Position numbers and translations under genes: made by a program. A model generated the notes under the pieces. It saw only the letters and a program-made list of their open reading frames with translations, was not told the DNA's origin and made no database searches. A stretch of 64,000 nt of DNA from a virus. Location: positions 12,396-76,395 of the IMG/VR virus record IMGVR_UViG_3300032516_000014; one strand, given 5' to 3'. Each line of letters begins with the position of its first letter. The stretch's first letter is position 1. Below are positions 8,301 through 16,134 of the stretch, piece by piece.

Positions 8301-10780
8301 TCCACTGGAGTAACATCGCCATGTTCCCGTTGCAGCAATTCCCAAACCTGGTCCATCACTGCCTTGGCGTTGTCGTCGTATTTCGGGGAAGCTTGCGTGC
8401 GGCGGCGCGCTTCGGAAAGCCCTTCGATGTCTTTCGCCTGGGCGACGAATTCTTTGGTGCCTACGCCTGGCGGGCGCATGAGCGAAGCCTGCGCGCCTGT
8501 CGTTGCCGCTCGAATCGGCACCGCTCCAGGCACCCCGGGGGCTGGACGAAGAACGGGCTGGATCTCCAAAGCTTTCAACCTCTCCGCCAGCACGGGAGTT
8601 TCCAGAGAACGAAAAACAGGTTCGGCAAGCTGTCGCCCTGTAAAAGAGGGCGTCAAACCGCCGTGGCGGCCGGTGATAAAAGTTTTCGGATCGAGAGTTG
8701 GGCGAACTATGCCTGCCTTTTCAAATAGCGAGCCCAGAGCTGTAAACGCGGAGTTTAGCACTCCGGGTGGCGCGCCGTTCAAAGACCGCCCACGTAGAAT
8801 GGCGCCCAGGGTCTCCGCAGAAGCTTCGTCCAGAATGTTGCCGGTCGCACCTTTGCCCCCGTAAAGCTCTTCAAGCGCGGGGCGGATCGGGTTGACGTGC
8901 GTAGCCAGATCTGCCCGATACTTTTCCCAGGCAGGCCGATCTGTCTCCCGAAGCAGCCAGTCGAGCACGTGCCCGGGCTCATGATAAACTGCGGCGTCCC
9001 CACCATTCAACAACATGACTTTCCGTGGTCCCCGGCCTTCCGTCGGATCAAGCCGGACGGTGAAGCCACGCTGCCCCCGGGCTTCAGCAATCAGTTGCTC
9101 CGGCGTGAAGTCCGGGTGTTCGCGTTGAACTTCAGCCAACACCCGCGGATCTTGGGCAAACTGGTCCACAGGCAGCAAGTAAAGCTCAGCCTTGCCGCGG
9201 AAGTATTCCCGCACCCGATTGATCAAACCTGCTGTGGGGGAATCGTTCCTGCGCAACGCTTCAATCGCCTGCGTGTGGGCCTGATCGAGGTTGGGTTCGA
9301 TGTTGAAAGCCGGTGAACGCACCGGGTCACGCGCGACTTCCTGATACCGCGCCTGGTAAGCCCTTGCGACGCCTTCGTGCGCAGCAGAAACGGCTTGACG
9401 TGTTGCTCCCCCGAAGCCACCAAAGAAAGCCATCGTGCCGATGAGCTGCCCCGCCTCCATGTCAGTATGCGCCCCCAGGGCAAACGGCGCGCTCGCAAGA
9501 CCGCCTTCGATTGCGCCAGCCACCGCCGGGGTTGCAAGTTTTGCGATCGGCAACGCGTTCTCAGCCAGGGCTGCTCCGCCGCGCTTCAAACCCCACTCCG
9601 TCCCCTTTGTCACAGCATGCGCAACTTTGCCGGCGACCCAGCCCCCCGGACCCGCCGTGACTGCCCCGCCGAGCGGAGCTTCTTTTCCGACCCAACCCAC
9701 CACAGGAGCCGCCGCTTTTTCTGCGGCCCATCCCGCACCTTTGAAAAGCTTCGCCAGGGAAAATTCTGTTGCGATGCCGATGGTCTTTCCTCCAAGACCG
9801 ATCACCTCGAACAGCTTGCCTCCGCCCATCGGAATGAACGTCATCGGCCCGTTGAAGAGCGACTTGTCTGCGATCGCTTCTGGATCGAGGGTAACACCGG
9901 CGGCCTGCAATCGCTCCGGGGTAACGCCTGCCAAGGAAGATACGACCCCACCTCCCTGCGCAACGTTTGTGTGCCGACGAAAACTTTCTGCGTCGGCGTC
10001 GAGGTCCTCACGCAACCGCAGACGGCGAGCCTCGGGATTCTCCTCCACCTTCGCCCGTTGGCCAGTCACCTCACCGGGAACACCGGGCACCCCCGGCACC
10101 GGGGCCGCTCGATACACCCGGCCCGCCGTCCGGGAAACAAGAGTAGCCAGATCCCGAGCTTGCAGAATTCCTTCGTCGATTGACGCTACGCTTTCGCCCG
10201 CAATCTTCGCCGCTGCCGCCAGCGTTGAATCCCGCACTTCCATGTTGTTTTCCAACATGTCTTTCGCGAAGGCCCAGGCTAGTTTCGCTTCACCCGCGGC
10301 GGCCCCCGCGACCGCGCGCACCCCACTCTTGCCCGTTTCCCACAAGCCTCGGCCGATCGCTTTTGCGGTGCGCCCCACTTCCCACGGCCGCGCGTCTTGT
10401 GCATCGTAAATCTCGTAAAGCTTCTCGCGCAAATCAGGCGGCAAGTCTTTTCCGTATTGGCCCAGCATCGCCACTGGTGAAAACGCGTCATCCGCCGCTA
10501 GTTCTTGCGGCGTGCGCTCCATCAGTTTCCCGATGTCTGGATTTTGAGGAGCCTGGGAAAACTCCGCAGTGCTTGGTCCTATTGAAGGGATATGCACCGC
10601 CCTTGGGGCAGCCTGAAACTCGTCAAGGGTAGGCGCAGCCGGTGTCACCGGAGCGGCGGCTTGAAACTCGGCGAGATCCGGCACTGGCGCAGCGGCGTTG
10701 AATTCTTCCACCGAAGGCGGGAGAAAAATTCCCGAAGCCGTAGCCTTTTGAATCGGCGACTCTTTGAGTTCGACAGGCAT
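2354..10780 (-). CDS. large polyvalent ejection/internal virion protein (HExxH peptidase, B12-type radical SAM and other modules)
   Basis: 2808 aa at the position of the largest podovirus ejection protein. HEPGH at 8969-8983, CRHACKFC at 6452-6475, and eight AFMPK-like linkers. Confidence 0.85.
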   Translation of the reverse strand: MPVELKESPIQKATASGIFLPPSVEEFNAAAPVPDLAEFQAAAPVTPAAPTLDEFQAAPRAVHIPSIGPSTAEFSQAPQNPDIGKLMERTPQELAADDAFSPVAMLGQYGKDLPPDLREKLYEIYDAQDARPWEVGRTAKAIGRGLWETGKSGVRAVAGAAAGEAKLAWAFAKDMLENNMEVRDSTLAAAAKIAGESVASIDEGILQARDLATLVSRTAGRVYRAAPVPGVPGVPGEVTGQRAKVEENPEARRLRLREDLDADAESFRRHTNVAQGGGVVSSLAGVTPERLQAAGVTLDPEAIADKSLFNGPMTFIPMGGGKLFEVIGLGGKTIGIATEFSLAKLFKGAGWAAEKAAAPVVGWVGKEAPLGGAVTAGPGGWVAGKVAHAVTKGTEWGLKRGGAALAENALPIAKLATPAVAGAIEGGLASAPFALGAHTDMEAGQLIGTMAFFGGFGGATRQAVSAAHEGVARAYQARYQEVARDPVRSPAFNIEPNLDQAHTQAIEALRRNDSPTAGLINRVREYFRGKAELYLLPVDQFAQDPRVLAEVQREHPDFTPEQLIAEARGQRGFTVRLDPTEGRGPRKVMLLNGGDAAVYHEPGHVLDWLLRETDRPAWEKYRADLATHVNPIRPALEELYGGKGATGNILDEASAETLGAILRGRSLNGAPPGVLNSAFTALGSLFEKAGIVRPTLDPKTFITGRHGGLTPSFTGRQLAEPVFRSLETPVLAERLKALEIQPVLRPAPGVPGAVPIRAATTGAQASLMRPPGVGTKEFVAQAKDIEGLSEARRRTQASPKYDDNAKAVMDQVWELLQREHGDVTPVELDYARPETVGENVARYIRRAERLEVELQRKADGTYPVELLRTLRHQAIFYGVKVRGDNVNLLSMNLDILLANALRIGEFSARKKAPGLVPYETGSDGHFTEPGFRDFAADVTSYLRNHAHGYGGDGTAMHPPAGWQGVIPAPDPNWKPTLLDPRKAQFINASMGLAPPKTGRVAQRTGPSGMPMPAGMAAQILAEAHGRPLTPAKGAPVFKKEALAKKGIIVPEDVPVMETNPLRAELVDAGFDAKGQLHEVTQELSLEQIRGLTPRPESLLRMPSTDLARAGFMPKRDVTLVGPNGERVAATHDGDQDASVLGLGMVRQITPKESFPGAFTARSTTYEPSLNKKGWTVEDAPATTEPLGPTPQRPIDIPDGMVGSSETNPDRPALPGESAGLTPAAFMPKARGSEITEPADTYGHAVERGKGNLWVRQSGASDNSNRVLLMQFTKDMMYAPTDVNKPPNPLDVAASAYYDKLYAQRKGYARLPDFWEVPQWHAVLTHALGEAADLYVVRDMAEAKSFLATAGYQDVAFSVLDVNKSKVAELADANPGHTVLGGYTDTSEITSRNPRATRYESIDEYVRSLGLEYKRGFDYRLYRGSSVVPRLDLSQGCRHACKFCTTTKKVVGTPPEVVTQQVDAFGDLNAPLAYLNDKTFGHHDSYLRLPELYAKMKAANPDFGGFVIQTTAAQMKSFSDEFLRKSGIKFIELGVESYNDSVLKGQRKPANEKLIDAATEQMRRLGIAFIPNIVIGLPGETAATYAHTMDFLRKNSDVISHANIYNLAVYEGSELSKELKTTSAADVDENVLAKSFHTDPAIHENFAREIYDWASQQLDKTPGKAEGAFMTKSRVAGMADLPILPEDIPGQKETGAEVMERSAWRNKSGWSFKNIPKSTPGDVSVLLQGPDNQLVRASVGKPRYSPATGALTRVVTVWEPLPGVPRGTLPVGTDVFESALNRLGWKIVDEPTGKAEGAFMAKRKESEDKLLTTYARRLHRAAWREYGDTEKWKETGYLLPDGTQLDFTGKGPDAPPGDYKRTIDHSSIAEAVGENMLTPFIAAASKKAGAGKLGYSGETSGLTAFVNSGAIRIMPELPGAEISSNKEPSEAQYRKLESFFADPSLKNEWGEVAVDLVDQNGYARDSRVYPAVTNPTVIINDIKEFYRAGHLPSRTSSRVAQFHGAFMPQAFEKSKEVADELAKVREGTSSGQTFTGAGKVWDRKDQKVDIVTVASENVLTKALTPAAVQKVADRYEDVLAIPGTAMGVFKMDDPTQTSIDVNALPDQKHRDNTIAFGKFNQQQAIYDTVPTEKDPYGHSIPVGGTGKTVLTSPAQIAKAVQALLKGENAIPAELPKPPEAAMMAKRGRREEPEKLETSGWIDPDGKFRSIQGSMHEDWLARNSAKLNAEYGTDFANVPDIAEREKAIREGFIRVRYEPRTGTLAIEASENAWTTDAKDKIFQLVRENLDDIDHMRVNILNGKMKIVDGGAANLVEYEGIDKLDHLPLISDTGAQRAAFMPKPKKGDAEQAEFGAEVTETDPQAFARDYARRVTQERVEFHPESVPVLFKRTPEGEYIINAKGKPLVNMVKYTFDDSPLSRQAAKGIRGESARQDAQTTAFAKKIAEEARAIADPDVLAGKSWYQETVRLIKEHFKTDAEVTSFAQLLAATSARTDVAQNFKYALEAYNLWKEGKFDDAIASYKKAYAKLETGGLLRQWQRENNSTIVPSDAALKEWWIESRELSLVRENEKQFGQNSDQVLRVLSGTWAEEVQGLKTQQFAKNLAGTDHGATIDVWASRTMKRLGWDGLTKSPWRLLPRSEGGITDPAFLFAQEAFAKAAKELHMQPDDLQALMWFQEKKLWGERGWTRGAGEELASFEEPLKKLQRNEETGRLEIRAAPTEQPLDLGLDLGDINSANFMPKRASQNEKMMSQGMPDAELQRLVTDDRFRRVDKNWHRVLVDEWERRQRLAGAVKPATQSAEKAEIRPK
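5384..5799. repeat. 26-bp perfect direct repeat flanking one polyprotein module
   Basis: catgaacgcaccttcggccttgccgg at 5384-5409 and 5774-5799; encodes GKAEGAFM. Confidence 0.9.
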
Positions 10781-10781
10781 C

Positions 10782-12164
10782 TTAAAAAGTGGGTCGAATA
10801 ATCATCGGCGCTGGGGGCGCATTCTGAATAGGCGCCGGCCCGGCATAAGGAATCACTTTGGTCGGGTCAGCAGGATCAAGCATCCACCACCCTGCGCGGC
10901 CTGGGATCTGCCGGACATCCGCGCCCGTCGGCGGAGCTCCAGCCGGCGCAGCGGGCGTCTCCGATAGAGAAGTCGCAACGCTGCCTTTTTTGAGGTATTC
11001 CTTCAACCAACCCTGATACTTGTCGTTGGTGTAGTGCGCAACCTCTGCGTTCATTGCCCCGTATTGCAATCCGGGATTGCTCTCCAGCCGGGATTGCGCG
11101 GTCTTCAAAGCAGGCCCCGCACTTGCGAGTCCAATGTCACGAATGCGCCGGGCAACTCCAAGCACGTCGGTTCGTTGTGCAGGGGACAACTTCTTTTCCA
11201 AGCCGAATGCCTGATTGTAATACTGCTTCAACTTACCAGAAATGCTATTGATCTCTTCGGGATCGACCCCCTGCATCCGGCCCGCCATCTTCGCGGCCCA
11301 CATCGCACTGAGATCTTTCGAGAGGCCCTGGTCCCCGACCACGGAAGCGTCACCTTCTTTGTCCGGCACAGCCGCGTCGTGCACGTTGGCTTTCTGCACG
11401 TATTGAAAGATGCTCTTGAACTTGTCGTCGAGCACTTTGAATTCTTTGACTTCGTCTGCACTCTCAACGCTTGCGGCCACTTTGTCAGCTTGTTCCAGCG
11501 CAAACTTTCCCGCCTCCGGGTGCATGCGATAATAAAGGGCCATCGACGCATTGGCATTCTGAGACGGGTCCGACAATCCCATCGCCGCCAAGCCTCGAAT
11601 AAACTCCCGCTTACCCAGCGTAGTCATGCCCGACTTGTTCAGGAAGTCGTCCCACTGTTCAACTGTCTTTGGCAGCGGGGCCTGATACCCCTTCACGCCG
11701 TAAAACGATTGCTTCGTCTCCAGCTCGGCTTTCTTTTGCACCAGTTCTTCAGGCGTCAAATTCGCCAGGGGCAGCGCTTGATTCAACGCCGTTGCCGTGT
11801 TGACTTGGCTTTGAGCGATGCCTGTGTTCAACGCCTGGCGCTGGGCTTCCGTTGCCAAGGGCTGCAACTGGATTTGTGACGTAAGCTGGGCATTCTCCGC
11901 TTGCAATTTCTTGAACGCAGTGGCGCGTTCCGGGGCGGAAAGCTCGTTGATGTCTGCGACACGCTTATTCGCTTCAGCCGCCGCTTGCTTGCGCTGCGCC
12001 GGCTTCACCTGGATCTCGTCCAGCAAGTTGCTCATGTCGGCCACGCCTTTGGCGTGTGCCTGCATGGACGCCTGCATGACCTGGTTCAGCGCCGACATCG
12101 GATCGCGCGGCACAGCCAACTCTTCGAGGTTGGGCTGCAATGGAACATACACGTTGGCTGCCAT
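10782..12164 (-). CDS. putative DNA ejection (internal virion) protein
   Basis: 460 aa, Q/A-rich helical composition, between the pilot-like gene and the large ejection protein. Confidence 0.6.
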   Translation of the reverse strand: MAANVYVPLQPNLEELAVPRDPMSALNQVMQASMQAHAKGVADMSNLLDEIQVKPAQRKQAAAEANKRVADINELSAPERATAFKKLQAENAQLTSQIQLQPLATEAQRQALNTGIAQSQVNTATALNQALPLANLTPEELVQKKAELETKQSFYGVKGYQAPLPKTVEQWDDFLNKSGMTTLGKREFIRGLAAMGLSDPSQNANASMALYYRMHPEAGKFALEQADKVAASVESADEVKEFKVLDDKFKSIFQYVQKANVHDAAVPDKEGDASVVGDQGLSKDLSAMWAAKMAGRMQGVDPEEINSISGKLKQYYNQAFGLEKKLSPAQRTDVLGVARRIRDIGLASAGPALKTAQSRLESNPGLQYGAMNAEVAHYTNDKYQGWLKEYLKKGSVATSLSETPAAPAGAPPTGADVRQIPGRAGWWMLDPADPTKVIPYAGPAPIQNAPPAPMIIRPTF

Positions 12165-12167
12165 AAA

Positions 12168-13133
12168 TTACTGTCCTGGATTGCTGAATTGCGACTTGTA
12201 ATAAGTCAGGTCCGAATTGCTTAGGTTTGGCGTCCCTCCCGAGCCACCGCCGCCCATCCCGCCTATCGCGTTCCCCAGGAAATTCGTCGCTGCTCCGATT
12301 TCCTTGCCCGTGGTTTCGGCGTTCATGAGTTTGTTGCCCGCCGCGGCGTTTGCAAGATCCATCATCTGCTGATTCTTCATCTGAATCTGCTTCAGATGCA
12401 AGTTGACCACGTCGCCGCCGGCCAACCCGATGCCCGGCATCGCGGTTTCTCCGAGCCTAGAGGCCAGCCCTGCCCGGTCAGCCCGCGCATTCTGAACCTG
12501 CACGAGGGATGAAGTCAGATTGCCGAGAATCTGCGCTCGGGCGGAGTCCATGTTCGTCACCAGGCCCAGCTCGCTCTGCGCTGTCGCCTGGCGCTGCTGC
12601 TTCAAAGCTTCGCCCTGCACGCCGATCAATTCCCGCATGCGCACTCCGACCGGTCCCTCTGCCGTCGGCCGAACACCACTGCCCGTCGAAAGTCCCGCGC
12701 GCACAAGCTCCGCCTCGTATTCCGGGGACAACGTCGCGCCCAGGTCCAGGTTCTCCTTGGCCTTGTCCAGCAACAAGTCCCGAACTGCATTGCGCTTTGT
12801 ATCCGCCGGCACGTTCTCCTTGACCATCTGCGCCAGCACCGAGTCTTCTTGATTCTTGTGCAGGTCGTCCTGCAAGATGTCTGCCAAAGCACTGGCGCCC
12901 GTCTCCCGGAGCTGGGCCAGCAACGGATCGTATTTCTTCTGCGCCGCAATGCTCCCTTTGAAGCGATCGAGGTCCGCCTGTTTCGCTTCTGCTTTTGCCG
13001 TGCCGGTGTCAAGAGAGGTCTGTTTCTCGACCGATTGCTTGATGATCTTGTAGGCCTTGTTTTGGGCATGCCTGTTCATCTCGGACGACACTATCGTCCC
13101 CACCATGCCGATCATACTTCCTGCCATGCTCAT
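12168..13133 (-). CDS. putative DNA ejection/pilot protein
   Basis: Gly/Ala-rich hydrophobic N- and C-terminal segments around a Q/A coiled coil; follows the GNAT as in many podoviruses. Confidence 0.6.
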   Translation of the reverse strand: MSMAGSMIGMVGTIVSSEMNRHAQNKAYKIIKQSVEKQTSLDTGTAKAEAKQADLDRFKGSIAAQKKYDPLLAQLRETGASALADILQDDLHKNQEDSVLAQMVKENVPADTKRNAVRDLLLDKAKENLDLGATLSPEYEAELVRAGLSTGSGVRPTAEGPVGVRMRELIGVQGEALKQQRQATAQSELGLVTNMDSARAQILGNLTSSLVQVQNARADRAGLASRLGETAMPGIGLAGGDVVNLHLKQIQMKNQQMMDLANAAAGNKLMNAETTGKEIGAATNFLGNAIGGMGGGGSGGTPNLSNSDLTYYKSQFSNPGQ

Positions 13134-13573
13134 AAGGCTCCTGTCTGTTTTAGAAAGGTCAGTTCCGTCATCCGAAACCCCTTCTTCAAGTAAATCTGGG
13201 CGACGCTGCGGCCCGGCTGATTCATCATGCAGCCGGCGCTAATCAACTTCACGTCCCGACGCGCAGCTTCCGTAAACAACGCGTTCAACAACTCGGCGCC
13301 GTGCCCCCGGTATTTGGGCCGGACATACCAGTGCACCACCGTCAGGATTTGCTGGCCCGTCATGATCTCCCGAGTCGCGGTCGCGCACAGCATGCCCTCG
13401 ACAAAATCAATTTCCAGCAAGAACACTGCGGCGGCCAAGGAATCAAATGCCGCAGCCCACCACGAGCAGTAGTGCGCTGCGCTAAACTCCCCGGGGAAGC
13501 CTCCTTCGGGAAAAGCCTCCCCCGCCAGCACCGCCATCTGCGGTATGTCCGCCGTTGTCGCGCGTCTGATCAC
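13130..13573 (-). CDS. GNAT-family acetyltransferase
   Basis: MIRRATTADIP start, WYVRPKYRGHG motif A, and IYLKKGF near the C-terminus. Confidence 0.85.
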   Translation of the reverse strand: MIRRATTADIPQMAVLAGEAFPEGGFPGEFSAAHYCSWWAAAFDSLAAAVFLLEIDFVEGMLCATATREIMTGQQILTVVHWYVRPKYRGHGAELLNALFTEAARRDVKLISAGCMMNQPGRSVAQIYLKKGFRMTELTFLKQTGAL

Positions 13574-13579
13574 ACCTTT

Positions 13580-13607
13580 ATATTGCCTCTTTCCACGATT
13601 TAGTCCA
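13580..13607 (-). promoter_or_regulatory. putative late promoter (leaderless) for the GNAT/ejection genes
   Basis: TGGACT-N14-GG-CAATAT-N6-GTG; same geometry as the copies at 33.3, 40.8 and 44.9 kb. Confidence 0.5.
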
Positions 13608-13608
13608 G

Positions 13609-14814
13609 TTACAACAACGTAATCTGAACCGCCATTAGGAGTGCCTCACCAGCCGGCCCGAGGTTATCAAGCGCCGACAGATTCGCAAGATGATAGTATT
13701 GAGTAATCGCCTGCACTTCGTAAGTGGTATCATCTACGGCGTGCAGCACTCCCGACGCCGATACCAATCCGATTCCGGCGTTATCCGGGACGGCACTCCC
13801 ACAAGGAAACCCAGCCGATCCAACTACATCCCCCGAATCCGATCCGTTTTCTACCGCACGGCTGTTCGACACGTCGTAAAGCCGCAACCGCGGCTGCGCA
13901 AACGAGGACCCCGCAAAAATCTGTATCCGGTACTCTCCCGCCGGCAACGTAAACTGATCTCCAGAAAAATCAAGACTCAACGCATCCGGGTCAATGATCG
14001 AAGTAAGCGGCACTCGCGTCCAAATATCGGAAACAGCCCAGCTAGTTAGTTGCCAAGGAGGCCCGGCTTGAGTGAACGCAATGGTCGCCACTTTACGAGT
14101 CTGCGCCGGCACGACGATCGCAGGCATGAAGTTTATCACCTGCCAGCCTGTGCCGTCGAAAGCCAATTGATAAATGCGATTCGGTTGCAGTTCGTTCGCC
14201 CCTACCGCCACCGTCGCGTCGCGGCGAATCGGGTAGGCCGGCCCGCCGTTCAGCGCCAGGGTGGCGCCGGCTGCGTTCACGTATTGAAACTTCGCCAGCA
14301 GCCCGCAACTGGTATTCACGCCGTCCCCCAGCGCCGGTGTCGCAATCGAGCCGTCGGAATTCCGCAAGGCCGCGGTGTAAGTCGTGGCCCCCGCCGCGAA
14401 CACGTAAAAACACGAATTCCAGTGCAGCTTCGGCTGAGTCACGATTCGGTCGGCAAGACATTCGGTGCGCCAAACGACTCCATCCCGCAGCTTCCCGTTG
14501 CTGTCAAAGACCAAAGCGACCAGCGCATTAAGGGCGTCCACCTTGCGGCCCGTGGGGGTGTCGGAAACGTCAAGCGGAACGTAACGCCGCGTCACGGAGT
14601 CCCACACCCGCCACGACAGTCCGCCTTTAAGCCAGGGGCCGACGTTCTGCCGAGGCTCCACGTCTCCTACCACAAACGTCAGGAACCCGAAGGGGGACAC
14701 AATCCGAATCTGTTGCAGCCACTTGTCCGCAAACTTCTGCGGCGTCCCCGCGAAGGTCGGATCGAGGGGGGCCATCTCGATTAACAACTGCGAAGGAATC
14801 GGGATTGAACTCAT
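13609..14814 (-). CDS. tail fibre/receptor-binding-like protein (paralog 2)
   Basis: Paralog of 14811-15986 (shared VWRTECLADRIVTQPKLHWNSCFYV) with a divergent beta-rich C-terminus. Confidence 0.65.
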   Translation of the reverse strand: MSSIPIPSQLLIEMAPLDPTFAGTPQKFADKWLQQIRIVSPFGFLTFVVGDVEPRQNVGPWLKGGLSWRVWDSVTRRYVPLDVSDTPTGRKVDALNALVALVFDSNGKLRDGVVWRTECLADRIVTQPKLHWNSCFYVFAAGATTYTAALRNSDGSIATPALGDGVNTSCGLLAKFQYVNAAGATLALNGGPAYPIRRDATVAVGANELQPNRIYQLAFDGTGWQVINFMPAIVVPAQTRKVATIAFTQAGPPWQLTSWAVSDIWTRVPLTSIIDPDALSLDFSGDQFTLPAGEYRIQIFAGSSFAQPRLRLYDVSNSRAVENGSDSGDVVGSAGFPCGSAVPDNAGIGLVSASGVLHAVDDTTYEVQAITQYYHLANLSALDNLGPAGEALLMAVQITLL

Positions 14815-15986
14815 AGCTTGGTTATCTGAAGCCGGGCAAGAGAACCGACCCCGGTGTCTGAACACGTGTCGGTCAAGTATCTCGCACCGAGCGCGATCAT
14901 CTGCAACGAAATCGTGGTAGTGCCCGCCAATCGCGCCTGGCCAATCAAGAAAATCTCATCCCAGGTAGCACCCCAAACAAAAGACGTGTTACTCAAACAA
15001 GTCGGGTTTCCTCCACCATCGACAACTTCGGTGCCCGCCGTTACGTTATAGAGTCGCAGCCGGGCCGCGCCGTTTGCCGCGCCTGCACACTTCGCATGCG
15101 CAAAGATTTCGTATGAACCTGCTGGCAGGGTAATCTGATACCCGGCAAAACCAGTCGTCATCGAGTTAGGATCGCACAGATCCGTCAGAGGAACGTCAGA
15201 CCAGGCCGCGGGAATCAATTGCTGAAACAAGTTCCAAGGAACGCTCGTAACCTTGAAATACGCCAGGGCGCTCGGGTGCACCACGGATGCGCCTCCCGTC
15301 GCTGGGTCGAATCCCATGATCTGCCAGGAGGTGCCGTCAAACACGATCTGGTAAATCCGGCCCACCTCGATGTTGCCCCCCACAAGCGGAGTGCCGGTGC
15401 CCACCACGATCGGATATGCGGTGCCCCCGTTCAGAGAGAAGGTCGAGGCGCCGGTGTTAGCGTTCTGAAACTTCACGAAGATGGCCAAGCTATCCGTGAT
15501 GCCGTCTCCAAAAGTCGGTGTTGCAACACTTCCATCCGAGTTCAACAAGTTGGCGGAGTAGCCATTCACTCCAGTTGCCAGCACGTAGAAACACGAGTTC
15601 CAATGCAGCTTCGGCTGGGTCACGATTCGGTCAGCAAGGCACTCGGTTCGCCAGACGGTCCCGTCGCGCAACCGCCCGTTGTTGTCAAACACCGCATTGA
15701 AAAGCGCGGTGAGCCGGTCCACCTCTGCCGCTAGAGTGCTGTCAGAAATGTCGAGGGGAACGTAAGTCTTCAGCACCTCGTCCCAAACCCACCACGCGGT
15801 GCCGTTCTTGAGCCAGGGACCGGCGTTGAAAAGCGGCTGCGTGTCGCCTACGACGAAGGTAACAATTCCCGACGGGGAAGAGATCCGCACCCGCTGAATC
15901 AAATGCGTCGCGAAATCTTGCAGGTTGCCCTTGAACGCTGGATCGAGAGGGGCCAGCTCGACCACCAATTGAGTTGGATTCACCAT
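14811..15986 (-). CDS. tail fibre/receptor-binding-like protein (paralog 1)
   Basis: KFQNANTGASTFSLNG...YQIVFDGTSWQI fibre-type domain; C-terminal ITLPAGSYEI beta-sandwich. Confidence 0.65.
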   Translation of the reverse strand: MVNPTQLVVELAPLDPAFKGNLQDFATHLIQRVRISSPSGIVTFVVGDTQPLFNAGPWLKNGTAWWVWDEVLKTYVPLDISDSTLAAEVDRLTALFNAVFDNNGRLRDGTVWRTECLADRIVTQPKLHWNSCFYVLATGVNGYSANLLNSDGSVATPTFGDGITDSLAIFVKFQNANTGASTFSLNGGTAYPIVVGTGTPLVGGNIEVGRIYQIVFDGTSWQIMGFDPATGGASVVHPSALAYFKVTSVPWNLFQQLIPAAWSDVPLTDLCDPNSMTTGFAGYQITLPAGSYEIFAHAKCAGAANGAARLRLYNVTAGTEVVDGGGNPTCLSNTSFVWGATWDEIFLIGQARLAGTTTISLQMIALGARYLTDTCSDTGVGSLARLQITKL

Positions 15987-15990
15987 AATC

Positions 15991-16134
15991 TTACAGGGTC
16001 ATGAACACCGTTGCGCCCGAGCCGGACACCGGGGCCGACGAGGGCAGCCCGGTCGGTTCGCCGAAGAACGCAGGGCTCTCGTAATCGTCCGGGATTTCCC
16101 GGCGGGTGATCGGTCTGGAAACTTCGTCGTTCAT
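15991..16134 (-). CDS. small hypothetical protein (47 aa)
   Basis: ATGA overlap with the nozzle gene stop. Confidence 0.5.
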   Translation of the reverse strand: MNDEVSRPITRREIPDDYESPAFFGEPTGLPSSAPVSGSGATVFMTL

